Of a stretch of 64,000 bases of DNA, positions 33,101-41,393 are shown piece after piece. A program made the translations under genes and the position numbers. This DNA is from Acidobacteriota bacterium (GTDB taxonomy: Bacteria > Acidobacteriota > UBA6911 > RPQK01 > JAPXNP01): positions 205,073 to 269,072 of the forward strand of contig CAXXHN010000002.1 in the NCBI GenBank assembly GCA_963663735.2. Direction: 5' to 3'. Position 1 is the first letter of the stretch, and each line of letters starts with the position of its first letter. The notes below the pieces were generated by a model. The model did no database searches. It saw only the letters and a list, made by a program, of their open reading frames with translations, and was not told the DNA's origin.

Positions 33101-33410
33101 GCAGGTTATAGGACAGGTCCAGTTTCACGACGTGGCTGTTATCAACTGTTACTCCCCACCACTGTCCGGTCGGTATTGTTGTTGACTTCCATCCATAATT
33201 ATTAGACCAGCCGCGTCCCCCGGTTGAATGGTAGATGGCATAAAGCGCCGTGCATTCTGAATCCGGGATGCCGGAACACTGGGCTAACAACGGTTGCAGC
33301 GATGGAGCCGTCACTGAGATCAGCAGCAGGGAAAATTTTAAATAGGTTTTTAAAGCCTGATTGCGAAGGTATTGAGGAAATCTTTTTTTAGTCATGGCTG
33401 ATAACATCAT
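30198..33410 (-). CDS. Secreted leucine-rich-repeat protein with FN3 and four repeated beta-rich C-terminal modules
   Basis: Signal-like segment; cap ALYAIY.STGG..W...W...WWGVTV; 16 x 24-aa LxxLxLxxNxLxGxIP repeats; FN3 VDLTW...LEPGTDYAFKLRA; repeated 'TG(I/V)...N...' modules. Confidence 0.88.
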   Translation of the reverse strand: MMLSAMTKKRFPQYLRNQALKTYLKFSLLLISVTAPSLQPLLAQCSGIPDSECTALYAIYHSTGGRGWSNNYGWKSTTIPTGQWWGVTVDNSHVVKLDLSYNLLSGEIPEEIGNLPYLEELDFTGNYLWGEIPVEITSLAQLQYLSFWDNQLWGEIPAGLTGMSNLWYLDLSSNYLSGNIPENIGNLVNLDQLWLEDNLLTGEIPVSVSNLNYLRVLSLYTNQLEGGIPAGIENLSELLALLLDGNFLSGPIPAGVGSLTNLTQLTAGDNRLTGTIPSSLNGLVNLTTLSLKNNLLTGEIDPDISLLANLSTLDLSGNLLTGSIPSSLGNLGYLDSLKLNGNNLTGEIPVSLGNLFFLQELFLQENQLTGTIPSQLANLPYLNYLSLYSNELEGTIPPELGNLPSLLALYLSNNNLTGEIPVNLGYLGSLRRLGLSNNQLEGTVPNSFGNLNNLRGLWASGNLMSGDLPGFLTNPPESIDLRWNQLQSSNHNILAPVEAKHGNRFTNTQTLAPGNLSAQAGNSLQENRVDLTWDPIAYTENDGGYEIFFKKAGIGNFQKVGITSDKNVDSYTIPDLEPGTDYAFKLRAVTWKHQGNSNTLTSPEIETAPVTTGNLSRAFIPVWKRALDRFTGIVISNFGDTAFNVTLSTYGEAGNLENAPQNPSVHQILPNKQLSLLGVEFFGKVSSPHTVSWIEVAAENTNKMGSLFLFGVTDTSMLDGAETQTRYAKKLYFTRPLEEGLLAGFNPDIQYSVVNPFDEPLSVSFVLVGEGSSLSSNPVTIPGKGFITKTANELFGSGHGLENTYMSVETSDGPGIVGFSRIEIPGIRTAMGLNAVEASQERLLYSAQMASSADIVTSVKLVNTSTETRQLRLSAIAPDGSLIAPDAEIELCGQCSMEKNFRQIFSLPATGMTVGSLAVETDGGGIIGDVIFADGDNLKYALALPLQTRLFTEAIFNHVASFPKSGDFPGVFTGIALFNPGETTADIDLIVYGLEGSQVATKNIQLGPGQRISRTLTDDEMWPDLEPQSGGYIKIQSTQPIVGQQLFGDIDLRYMAAIPPTTRIEPMFED
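31980..33131 (-). repeat. Coding tandem array of 16 plant-type 24-aa LRR units (72-bp period)
   Basis: From VVKLDLSYNLLSGEIP to LRGLWASGNLMSGDLP; 16 x 72 bp = 1152 bp. Confidence 0.92.
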
Positions 33411-34225
33411 TCGGTGGGTGAATTATTGGTCATACAATCCTGAATCCAGTCAGAGACAGAAGAAACCCGGGCATAGACACCATAGTAAACTCCGCTTCCC
33501 CAGCTGGTAAGCCCGGTAGTCCTCCATGAGTCTCCATCAGGTACGATTAAAGGTCCGCCGCTGTCGCCGTTGGATGTGTCTTTGAATCCATTGGTATACC
33601 CGGCGCAGATCTCATATTCAGTTATCCACCCGGGATAGTATCCACTGGGAGAGCCGCATACTTCATTGGATACTATAGGCAGTTCTACTTTCTGGAGAGT
33701 TACCGCGTAAAGCTCCTGACTCTGGTTTATTCGACCCCAGCCCGAAGCTGTTGCAATGGTACCCGGGTCTGCAAGGTGAGAATCCTCTTCAGTCAGGATA
33801 GGGATAGGGGTATATTTTGAAGCTGTTCCCAGATGTAGAAGTGCTACGTCAGGAACGGAGTCGTAGATGTAACCAGGATGGACAAATATTTCGGTGACAG
33901 GGAGACGTTCACCCCGGCCCGGCTCTACGTGATGGCTCCCAAGCTGTACTTCTATGGAGTGAGGAGTCCTTTTAATCGCGCAATGGGCGGCGGTCAATAC
34001 CCATTCTGAATCTATCAGGACACCACTGCAGAAAAAACCTTCATACTGGGGGTCTCCGGCAGGTATTATGGCCGCAACAGCCTGGAGTTCATCAGGGCTG
34101 ACATCATCTCCTCCGACCACCGAAGACACATCCCCGCCACTATTTCCGGAACTGTCAGCAGCAGCAAGAGGCATGTAGCTAAACGCGCACAGCATTAATG
34201 CCGCGCACAAAAATCCATTTTTCAT
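33407..34225 (-). CDS. Secreted trypsin-like serine protease (S1A)
   Basis: Signal peptide, VVGG mature N-terminus, LTAAHC, DVALL, GDSGGPL, SWG, GVYARV. Start ATG 34225 (ORF track 34273). Confidence 0.93.
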   Translation of the reverse strand: MKNGFLCAALMLCAFSYMPLAAADSSGNSGGDVSSVVGGDDVSPDELQAVAAIIPAGDPQYEGFFCSGVLIDSEWVLTAAHCAIKRTPHSIEVQLGSHHVEPGRGERLPVTEIFVHPGYIYDSVPDVALLHLGTASKYTPIPILTEEDSHLADPGTIATASGWGRINQSQELYAVTLQKVELPIVSNEVCGSPSGYYPGWITEYEICAGYTNGFKDTSNGDSGGPLIVPDGDSWRTTGLTSWGSGVYYGVYARVSSVSDWIQDCMTNNSPTE

Positions 34226-34428
34226 CTTTTTATATCCTCGAATCAGAAAACGGTCCATTGGCAGGGATCCCAAAAGAACTAATATATTCTATTCATAAAT
34301 GATAGTACCTTATACCTTTTGGTTCAGGAATAATCAGGGATCACGATCACATTTTTCAATTTTAGTTGGGCATATTGATGGTTTATCGTGCGATTCCTGA
34401 ACAACCGCAGGAAAGCAGGGTTGAACGG

Positions 34429-34833
34429 TTAATCTTTAAACCTGCTCCGCCAGTCTTGCAGGCCACCCATATTTGTAACCCGGGTATAACCTTCCTGGAG
34501 CAGTACCTTTTTTACTATCCCGGCACGCCTTCCGGTCCTGCAGTAAACTATGACCGGTCGATTTTTATCCCCGTTGGTCAGCTCTTCGATTTTGAGCAGG
34601 TAGCTGGAAAAATCAAGGAAAGGGATGAAGGTTGCTCCTTCGATATGGTCGAGCTGGAATTCAGCTTCAGTCCTGATATCCAGTAGCAGCGCGTTCTCCT
34701 CATTGAGGAGACGGTAAGCCAGGTCCAGGTCAAAATCAGGCAGGGGTGAGGCTGGATTGCTTTCCTCTGCGAAACTCCGGAAGCTGAAAAGGGAGAAGAT
34801 GGCAAGAATCAGTACAATTTTTAGCTTTGGCAA
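34429..34833 (-). CDS. Exported rhodanese-like domain protein
   Basis: LLDIRT..EF...HIEGA..IP, VYCRTGRRA, GG...W; signal peptide. Confidence 0.9.
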   Translation of the reverse strand: MPKLKIVLILAIFSLFSFRSFAEESNPASPLPDFDLDLAYRLLNEENALLLDIRTEAEFQLDHIEGATFIPFLDFSSYLLKIEELTNGDKNRPVIVYCRTGRRAGIVKKVLLQEGYTRVTNMGGLQDWRSRFKD

Positions 34834-35058
34834 TGTTAAAACTCCGGTCGGTGATTAGATCCGCAACTATCCCAGGGGCAACTGGAAATCATGAAAGGTA
34901 TGTGGTTTCATTCGAACAATATATCAGTATGAAGTTCTGTATGCAAAAATCTGCAACTGGTGTTTCTTGCCATGTCCATGCTGTCGTTTCTCCTCTTTTG
35001 ACAGGTTCCGGACTGCTGCCATCAAGTCCTTTAAAGCTTCAGGGGAAGGGATTAGTAT

Positions 35059-36438
35059 ATGGTTATCATGGATAAAAACAGCATTGACCGGAGGTGTTTT
35101 CTGGAACAGGCAGGTTGTGGGGTTTTGGTGGGAATGATGGCAGGAGCCAGGTTGAATGCAGCGGACCGGAGACCCAATATTCTGCTGATCCTGGTCGATG
35201 ACCTTGGATATGGAGACCTTTCTTCATATGGTTCCAGGGACATGAGAACCCCGAACATTGACCAGCTGATCGGATCCGGCATGAGGCTGGATAATTTTTA
35301 TGCCAACTGTCCGGTCTGCTCACCTACCAGGGCGGCCCTGCTTACTGGACGCTACCCGGACCTGGTTGGTGTTCCGGGTGTCATTCGTACCCATGAAGAT
35401 GATAATTTTGGATACCTTTCTGAAAAGGCTGAACTCCTGCCGGAAGTGTTGGGCGGGGCCGGATATCATACGGCACTGGTAGGCAAGTGGCACCTGGGAC
35501 TGGACGCCCCGAACACTCCGCTGGACCGGGGCTTTGATTTTTTTCATGGTTTCCTGGGTGATATGATGGATGACTACTATACCCACCTTCGTCATGGAAT
35601 CAACTACATGCGGGAAGACAGGGAGGTAATTGAGCCTGAGGGACATGCCACCGACCTGTTTTCAGACTGGAGCATAAATTACATCAACCGCAGATCGGCT
35701 GAAGATAATCCCTTTTTCCTTTACCTTGCCTACAACGCCCCCCATAACCCAGTGCAGCCCCCGGATGAGTGGCTGGAAAAAGTCAGGCTTCGTGAGCCCG
35801 GGATAGGAGAAAACCGGGCGAAGCTGGTGGCACTGATAGAGCACCTGGACCATGGAATTGGGCGGGTCCTCGATTCCCTGGTAAACAACGGAATCGAGAG
35901 AGACACTCTGGTTGTGTTCACTTCTGACAACGGGGGGCTCCTGAATGCCGGAGCCAATAATGGATCGTTGCGGGGTGGTAAGCAGGAAATGTTCGAGGGG
36001 GGAATCCGGGTCCCGGCCTGTGTGTCCTGGCCTGGAACCATCGTTCCCGGTCAAAAAAACAACAGTGTAGGCCTGACCATGGACTTGTTTCCGACCTTAT
36101 GCGAAATAGCAGGTGTCACCGGGGTGGCTGCGAACATTAACGGAGTTTCCCTGGCGCCTGTTTTTTTGGAAAGCCGCCGGCTGGATAATGACAGGTTCCT
36201 GTTCTGGATGAGAAGGGAGGGGAACAGGTATGGGGCCAGGGCCTACTATGCAGCCAGGTATGGGGAATTTAAGCTCCTGCACAATTCTCCATTTGAACCA
36301 ATGCAGCTGTATAACCTGGTCGAGGACCCGGGAGAAGACCATCCACTCGGCATGGAACACGCGATGTATGGAAAACTTTTCAGGGCCCTGCATAAACACA
36401 TACAGGAGTCCGGAGCTGTGCCATGGCAGGGGAATTGA
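35059..36438 (+). CDS. Sulfatase (Cys-type, formylglycine-dependent) with Tat-like signal
   Basis: DRRCFL signal; PNILLILVDDLG, CSPTRAALLTGR, GKWHLG, YNAPH, SDNG, EGGIRVP. Confidence 0.95.
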   Translation: MVIMDKNSIDRRCFLEQAGCGVLVGMMAGARLNAADRRPNILLILVDDLGYGDLSSYGSRDMRTPNIDQLIGSGMRLDNFYANCPVCSPTRAALLTGRYPDLVGVPGVIRTHEDDNFGYLSEKAELLPEVLGGAGYHTALVGKWHLGLDAPNTPLDRGFDFFHGFLGDMMDDYYTHLRHGINYMREDREVIEPEGHATDLFSDWSINYINRRSAEDNPFFLYLAYNAPHNPVQPPDEWLEKVRLREPGIGENRAKLVALIEHLDHGIGRVLDSLVNNGIERDTLVVFTSDNGGLLNAGANNGSLRGGKQEMFEGGIRVPACVSWPGTIVPGQKNNSVGLTMDLFPTLCEIAGVTGVAANINGVSLAPVFLESRRLDNDRFLFWMRREGNRYGARAYYAARYGEFKLLHNSPFEPMQLYNLVEDPGEDHPLGMEHAMYGKLFRALHKHIQESGAVPWQGN

Positions 36439-36649
36439 CGGTTGATGTTTGAGGGGCCCGATACCAACCCAGGCAACACATTTTTAATCATTGACCAAAC
36501 AACAAAAAAATCCTTGCGAAATTCTCAGCAGGGAAATATTCTGGGAGGGTTACACGGGATAATCAAACCTGCCCCGGGTAATCTTGGCGGAACAACATAC
36601 AAATAACCGGGTTTCATGCAGAAACCTGCTTTTTTATGAGGAGACAAGA

Positions 36650-37588
36650 ATGTTTTCAGAAGACAACAGGAATTCGTTTAGTCCGGACCTTGCAAAATTC
36701 ATACCTTTCCGTGACAAGGAAGCCTGCGCAAAGGTAAGGGCAATTAAGAAAGCTGATATTTGCAAACACCCAAACCCTGAATTCAAGATCAGGGTAATCG
36801 AAGACCCGGCAGACCTCTCCTTTGAATTTGCCATGGATATTGTGAACCGGATTAAATCTGCCCGGGATGAAGGCCGGAAGTTTGTAGGGATTTTTCCGGT
36901 CGGGCCCATGCCCCAGTATAAATTTGCAGCCCGTATGATCAATGATATGAAACTGTCCTGTGACCATGTTTATACTTTTAACATGGACGAGTATGCCGAT
37001 GAGAACGGAAATCCAGCTCCCCCGGATTGGGAAGGGTCGTTTCAGACCGCAATGATGGAAAATTTTTTCCTCAGGATTGATGCGGATTTGAGGCCCCCTC
37101 TTGATCAGATAAATTTTCCCAGCAAGAAAAACATAGACAGTTATGGAAAGTTGATCGAGGACCTGGGAGGGGCTGATGTCGTGTACGGCGGAATCGGCTG
37201 GTGCGGACACATAGCTTTCTGGGAAACCCACCTTGGGTACGAGTATGAAGGGGATCTGGAAGCATTTAAGAAAGCCAAAGCCAGGGTAGTGGAACTGCAT
37301 CCCATGACTATAATGCAGAACGCGCTTCACTCCTTCAGCGGGGACTGGTCCTGGGTTCCTCCCAAGGCTTTTACTATAGGCCCTGACGAGATCCTTTCAG
37401 CCAGGCATCGCAGTTTCTGGCTGGACGGATACATTGGCGGGGGAATTGCATGGCAGTCTTTTATTGCCAGGCTGGCTGCCCATGGTCCGGTTAATCCCTT
37501 TGTTCCGGGATCCATCCTGCAAACAGCGCCTGGAGACTATACCATCCTGGGCGGAGTCGCCAATGATGTAGTTATTAACATGCGCTGA
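36650..37588 (+). CDS. Glucosamine-6-phosphate isomerase/deaminase (NagB)-like protein
   Basis: PVGP.PQY, FNMDEY, GGIG.CGHIAFWE, A.TIG. Start ATG 36650 with GAGGAG RBS. Confidence 0.75.
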   Translation: MFSEDNRNSFSPDLAKFIPFRDKEACAKVRAIKKADICKHPNPEFKIRVIEDPADLSFEFAMDIVNRIKSARDEGRKFVGIFPVGPMPQYKFAARMINDMKLSCDHVYTFNMDEYADENGNPAPPDWEGSFQTAMMENFFLRIDADLRPPLDQINFPSKKNIDSYGKLIEDLGGADVVYGGIGWCGHIAFWETHLGYEYEGDLEAFKKAKARVVELHPMTIMQNALHSFSGDWSWVPPKAFTIGPDEILSARHRSFWLDGYIGGGIAWQSFIARLAAHGPVNPFVPGSILQTAPGDYTILGGVANDVVINMR

Positions 37589-37816
37589 TTGATTGAACAA
37601 GCCTGATGCATGTGGGGAAGTGTCCGAGAGGATCTGAAGTGTTTTAAGCCAAGATGTATGCCAATGGTTCCCTCTCCCTGGAAAAGATCCTGGATTCTTT
37701 CAGCCAGGGATAAACACGAATGGATTTAATGAGACATCCTCCTCGCCTGACTGGCGAAGAAATGCCGAGGTCCGGAGGGTGTCGAGGTCATATACAGAGG
37801 AAGGTTATTAGAATAA

Positions 37817-38605
37817 ATGGATCAAAGAAAGAGAAGGGTTCTCGCAGTGGGAGCCCATCCTGATGATGTGGAGTTTATGTGTTCCGGTACCATGCAGCTC
37901 CTGAAGGATAAGGGGATGGAACTGCACCTGGCAACGCTTACCGGAGGGGACCTGGGGACAGAGGACCGGACCCGTGACGAAATCCGGGAAATACGGCTGG
38001 CTGAAGCCAGAGCATCCTGTTCACAAATGGGTGCTTCCTGTTATTACCTGGGATTTGATGATTTTGAAATATTTTATACTTCAGACGCTCATCGGAAAGT
38101 GACCGCGCTGCTCAGGGATGTGGATCCAGATATCGTGATTACTCACCCTCCCCAGGATTATATGTCTGATCACGAGATTACCAGCCGCCTGGTCCGGAGT
38201 TCCTGCTTTTCTGCTCCGGTTCCTGCATACAGCCTGGATGGCCTGTCTGACTCGGGTCCAACCAGCCATATAACCACTCTTTATTATGCCCAGCCCATGG
38301 AGGGAAAGGATCTTTACGGAGCTCCCATTACTCCGGGAATGTTTGTTGACATATCCGGGGTAATGGATCGGAAAGAGGCTTACCTGGCCTGCCATGCCAG
38401 CCAGAGGGACTGGCTGCGGAAACATCACGGAATTGACGAATACCTGGAAAGCCTGCGCAGGTGGAGCCGGGAACTGGGAAGGCAGGCCTCTGCGAAATAT
38501 TCACGACAGGTGGAGTATGCGGAGGCCTTCAGGCAGCACCGCGGACACGCCTATCCTTCCGCTAATATCCTTGCTGCAATTTTGGGTGATAAGGTTATGG
38601 AGTAG
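37817..38605 (+). CDS. PIG-L family deacetylase
   Basis: AHPDD.E, R..EA, ITH...DY.SDH, CHASQ, YAEAF. Confidence 0.92.
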   Translation: MDQRKRRVLAVGAHPDDVEFMCSGTMQLLKDKGMELHLATLTGGDLGTEDRTRDEIREIRLAEARASCSQMGASCYYLGFDDFEIFYTSDAHRKVTALLRDVDPDIVITHPPQDYMSDHEITSRLVRSSCFSAPVPAYSLDGLSDSGPTSHITTLYYAQPMEGKDLYGAPITPGMFVDISGVMDRKEAYLACHASQRDWLRKHHGIDEYLESLRRWSRELGRQASAKYSRQVEYAEAFRQHRGHAYPSANILAAILGDKVME

Positions 38606-38870
38606 TCAGCCGGGGAGTGCCAGAGATGTCCTGACCGCATCAGCTGTAAGCAGGGTCAAGTCCTGAAATAAAGCAGGGTCAGTTATTCGAAAATCGACAT
38701 TCGAACTCTGGCATTCCCGGGATTATGCATTCCCGTGCTGTCCCGGCTATTGGGATTCCTTTTTGAAAAAGACCATTCAATAATAATCGATTCCGATCCC
38801 AAGAGCTCCCACGGTTACCCGCTGCCCGTTATTGTCCTTAAGATGGAAGCTAAAACCACGACCGGGATCA

Positions 38871-40472
38871 TCAACCGCTGATCAGGTTAGCTCTCCTCCC
38901 GATGCCACCTCGGCCCTCCCACTTCATCAGATCCATTTTCCGTTTGCCCCCTTCGGCAGTGATCCTGGTATATATGAATTCCTTTTCCTCCCTGACGGCG
39001 CTTGACTCGTAACTGAATATCCTGGTCCAGGTCCCGGTATTTATGTAGTGGCAGCCCGAAGGATATCTCACCAGGTCCGGTTCATGGCAGTGGCCCATGA
39101 CAATGTATTCCGGGTGCAGTATTTCATCTATGGCAGCACCTTTTTCCCTTAAAATCCTGGAGCAGTCTTTTTTCTTCATGTACCTCATCATCCTGAAGTA
39201 AAGGAAGCTGCCCGCTGCAAACTGGGCCAGGATGATGATCAAGGGAATCTGAGAATTCCTGTTCCAGTCGACAATTCCCTGGATAATCGGAAGTCCCGGT
39301 AATTGAGCAGGCAGCGACAGTGACCAGAAGGGCGAAAAAAGGAGTATGGCAACGGCCAGGTTGAGCAGTATCAATCCCATCAGAAGGGGAATGACACACC
39401 CCGGAACCAGCATGAAAAGCAATATCCTGGCCAAAGGCTTAATTGCGGATGAAAGCAGCGGTTCGGCCTGGATTTTTTTGAGGAGCCTGACCCTTAGGTT
39501 CCATTCTGGATTCATCCCCGGCGGCGGTGATACCTCATCTGAAAACTTTTCGAACCCGGAACCAGGAGCGGCCCATTTCAGGCAATAGTCAGCAGGATTT
39601 ACTGGATCAGGGGCCGTAACCATCGTTTCTACCTGACTGCATGCATCCCTCCAGCTCTCCCTGATCTTGCAGAGCATCTTTTTCCCATCCGTGAACAGGA
39701 AGATAATAGCGCGGAAAGGGTGGTTCCGGATGAACCAGCCAATGAACCTTGTTTCAGGTTTAATGTTGTCAGCAAAAGGGGAGGAAGTCTCCACCCGGTT
39801 GAAAAGATAGCGGACAAAAATGGATCCCAGGGGGAGATACATTTTTTCTGAAGAATTTCCCGAGATTTCTGCGGCTGGAGTTTTTAAGGGAGTCAGGGCG
39901 GAAGGGAAGGAATTCGTTGGGTCGTACTGATGTCCATGTTCAATGTAAACGGTGCCATCAAAAAAGAACCAGGGTAAAAAGCTCAGGCGCTCTCCTGGAC
40001 CCGGATTGTCAAGAGGCGGGGTCCTTAGTTTCATCAGGCCGTTGATCAATTCCTCCCTGACTTCGGGATAGAAAAATTCAGCGTCATGATTTCCTGAAAT
40101 AACTATGATCCGGTGATTCAGGCAGAATTTTGCCAGCGCACTGAAAAGGACATGGTGTCCAAGCATGATCCTGCGGATTTTCCAGGCTGATTCCGCTGGT
40201 CCTGCCACCAGCCCGTAGTCACCTTCCCGCTCCAGTCCGACCAGGTTCGAAGGCAGTTCGGTTACCTGCAGGAAATCAACAAAATCACCGGCGATTACCA
40301 GAGTCCATTCAGTGTCGGCCCATTCCTGGGAAGAGGTGTGGAATTCAAGGAAATCAGCGAAGTCATCATCAAACAGGAAATCTTCCCGGGGATCAATCCA
40401 GCCGGTGTCCGGGTTCCGCCCCTCGCTCAGATGCAGGTCAGATACAACCAGAAATCCCTGTTTGTCAGCCAT
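38871..40472 (-). CDS. Calcineurin-like metallophosphoesterase with inserted TM segments
   Basis: SDLH, GDFVD, GNHD, EHGH, GHCH, YINTGTW; two hydrophobic helices between motifs IV and V. Confidence 0.82.
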   Translation of the reverse strand: MADKQGFLVVSDLHLSEGRNPDTGWIDPREDFLFDDDFADFLEFHTSSQEWADTEWTLVIAGDFVDFLQVTELPSNLVGLEREGDYGLVAGPAESAWKIRRIMLGHHVLFSALAKFCLNHRIIVISGNHDAEFFYPEVREELINGLMKLRTPPLDNPGPGERLSFLPWFFFDGTVYIEHGHQYDPTNSFPSALTPLKTPAAEISGNSSEKMYLPLGSIFVRYLFNRVETSSPFADNIKPETRFIGWFIRNHPFRAIIFLFTDGKKMLCKIRESWRDACSQVETMVTAPDPVNPADYCLKWAAPGSGFEKFSDEVSPPPGMNPEWNLRVRLLKKIQAEPLLSSAIKPLARILLFMLVPGCVIPLLMGLILLNLAVAILLFSPFWSLSLPAQLPGLPIIQGIVDWNRNSQIPLIIILAQFAAGSFLYFRMMRYMKKKDCSRILREKGAAIDEILHPEYIVMGHCHEPDLVRYPSGCHYINTGTWTRIFSYESSAVREEKEFIYTRITAEGGKRKMDLMKWEGRGGIGRRANLISG

Positions 40473-40701
40473 GACAACTGATTATAAGTTCGTTTTATCC
40501 AGGTATCAACCAGGAAAACTTTGTTTTCATAATAAGTTAGCATGGTTTTTGTAATGGTGTGGATTTACAGGATGCCGTTACCGCATTGGAAAAGGAGAGA
40601 TGTTTGACCCTGCCCCGGCAATTAACCTGGGAAAGCTTCATTTTGGCCCAAATTTTTTACAGGGACTTGCTTATTCAGAGTTCTCTGTTTAATGTAACGG
40701 T

Positions 40702-41349
40702 ATGGATAACGCTGATTTGATTATTGAGTGCAGGGCAGAGGGGCCGTTTATGAAAAACGGTTATGTGGTCGCCTGTTCTGCTGACAGGAAGGCCGTATAT
40801 ATTGATCCTGGCGATGAAGCCGTTCAGATGATAGGTTTTGTTAAGCAAAATGATCTGCAGTTGCAGGCCGTGATCGCCACCCATGCCCACATGGATCATA
40901 TTTGCGGTATAGGTACTGTGAAAAAAGAATGGGATGTTCCGACATATCTGCACCCTGATGACGAATTCCTTTACGCAGGACTGCAGGAACAGAGCAGGTA
41001 CTTCGGGACGGATTACGGACCCGCCCCTCCAGTTGATTTTTACCTGGAAGACGGGCAGTTGCTGCGATTCGGGGACCTTGAAATCAAGGTCCTGCATTCA
41101 CCCGGGCATTCGCCGGGAGGCGTGTGCCTGGAGGCCGGAGATAATCTCTTTACCGGAGACCTTATATTCGCCGGATCAGTTGGCCGGACTGATTTGCCTG
41201 GGGGAGATCTTAATGTGCTGATGAATTCCATACGGAGAATAATCGTACCCTTAGCTGAGGAGACTTCTTTATGGCCGGGGCACGGACCCCGCACAACAGC
41301 AGGACGTGAAATCAGGAGCAATCCTTTTAGAAATAGTTTTTTGACCTGA
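40702..41349 (+). CDS. MBL-fold hydrolase (glyoxalase II/YcbL-like)
   Basis: THAHMDH, PGHSPG, FTGD..F.GSVGRTD, PGHG, E..SNPF. Confidence 0.92.
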   Translation: MDNADLIIECRAEGPFMKNGYVVACSADRKAVYIDPGDEAVQMIGFVKQNDLQLQAVIATHAHMDHICGIGTVKKEWDVPTYLHPDDEFLYAGLQEQSRYFGTDYGPAPPVDFYLEDGQLLRFGDLEIKVLHSPGHSPGGVCLEAGDNLFTGDLIFAGSVGRTDLPGGDLNVLMNSIRRIIVPLAEETSLWPGHGPRTTAGREIRSNPFRNSFLT

Positions 41350-41393
41350 GTAAATTCCGGTGTTTTACCGGTACAATTTGGATAATTACTTTT

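Noticed and set aside
31980-33131. DGR-type or phase-variable repeat in the LRR array
   Set aside because: Units are diverged at DNA level; no template/variable repeat pair or reverse transcriptase seen.
33400-33420. Frameshifted trypsin-LRR fusion (pseudogene)
   Set aside because: The protease domain is complete and the LRR ORF has its own signal-like segment; the ATGA overlap fits translational coupling.
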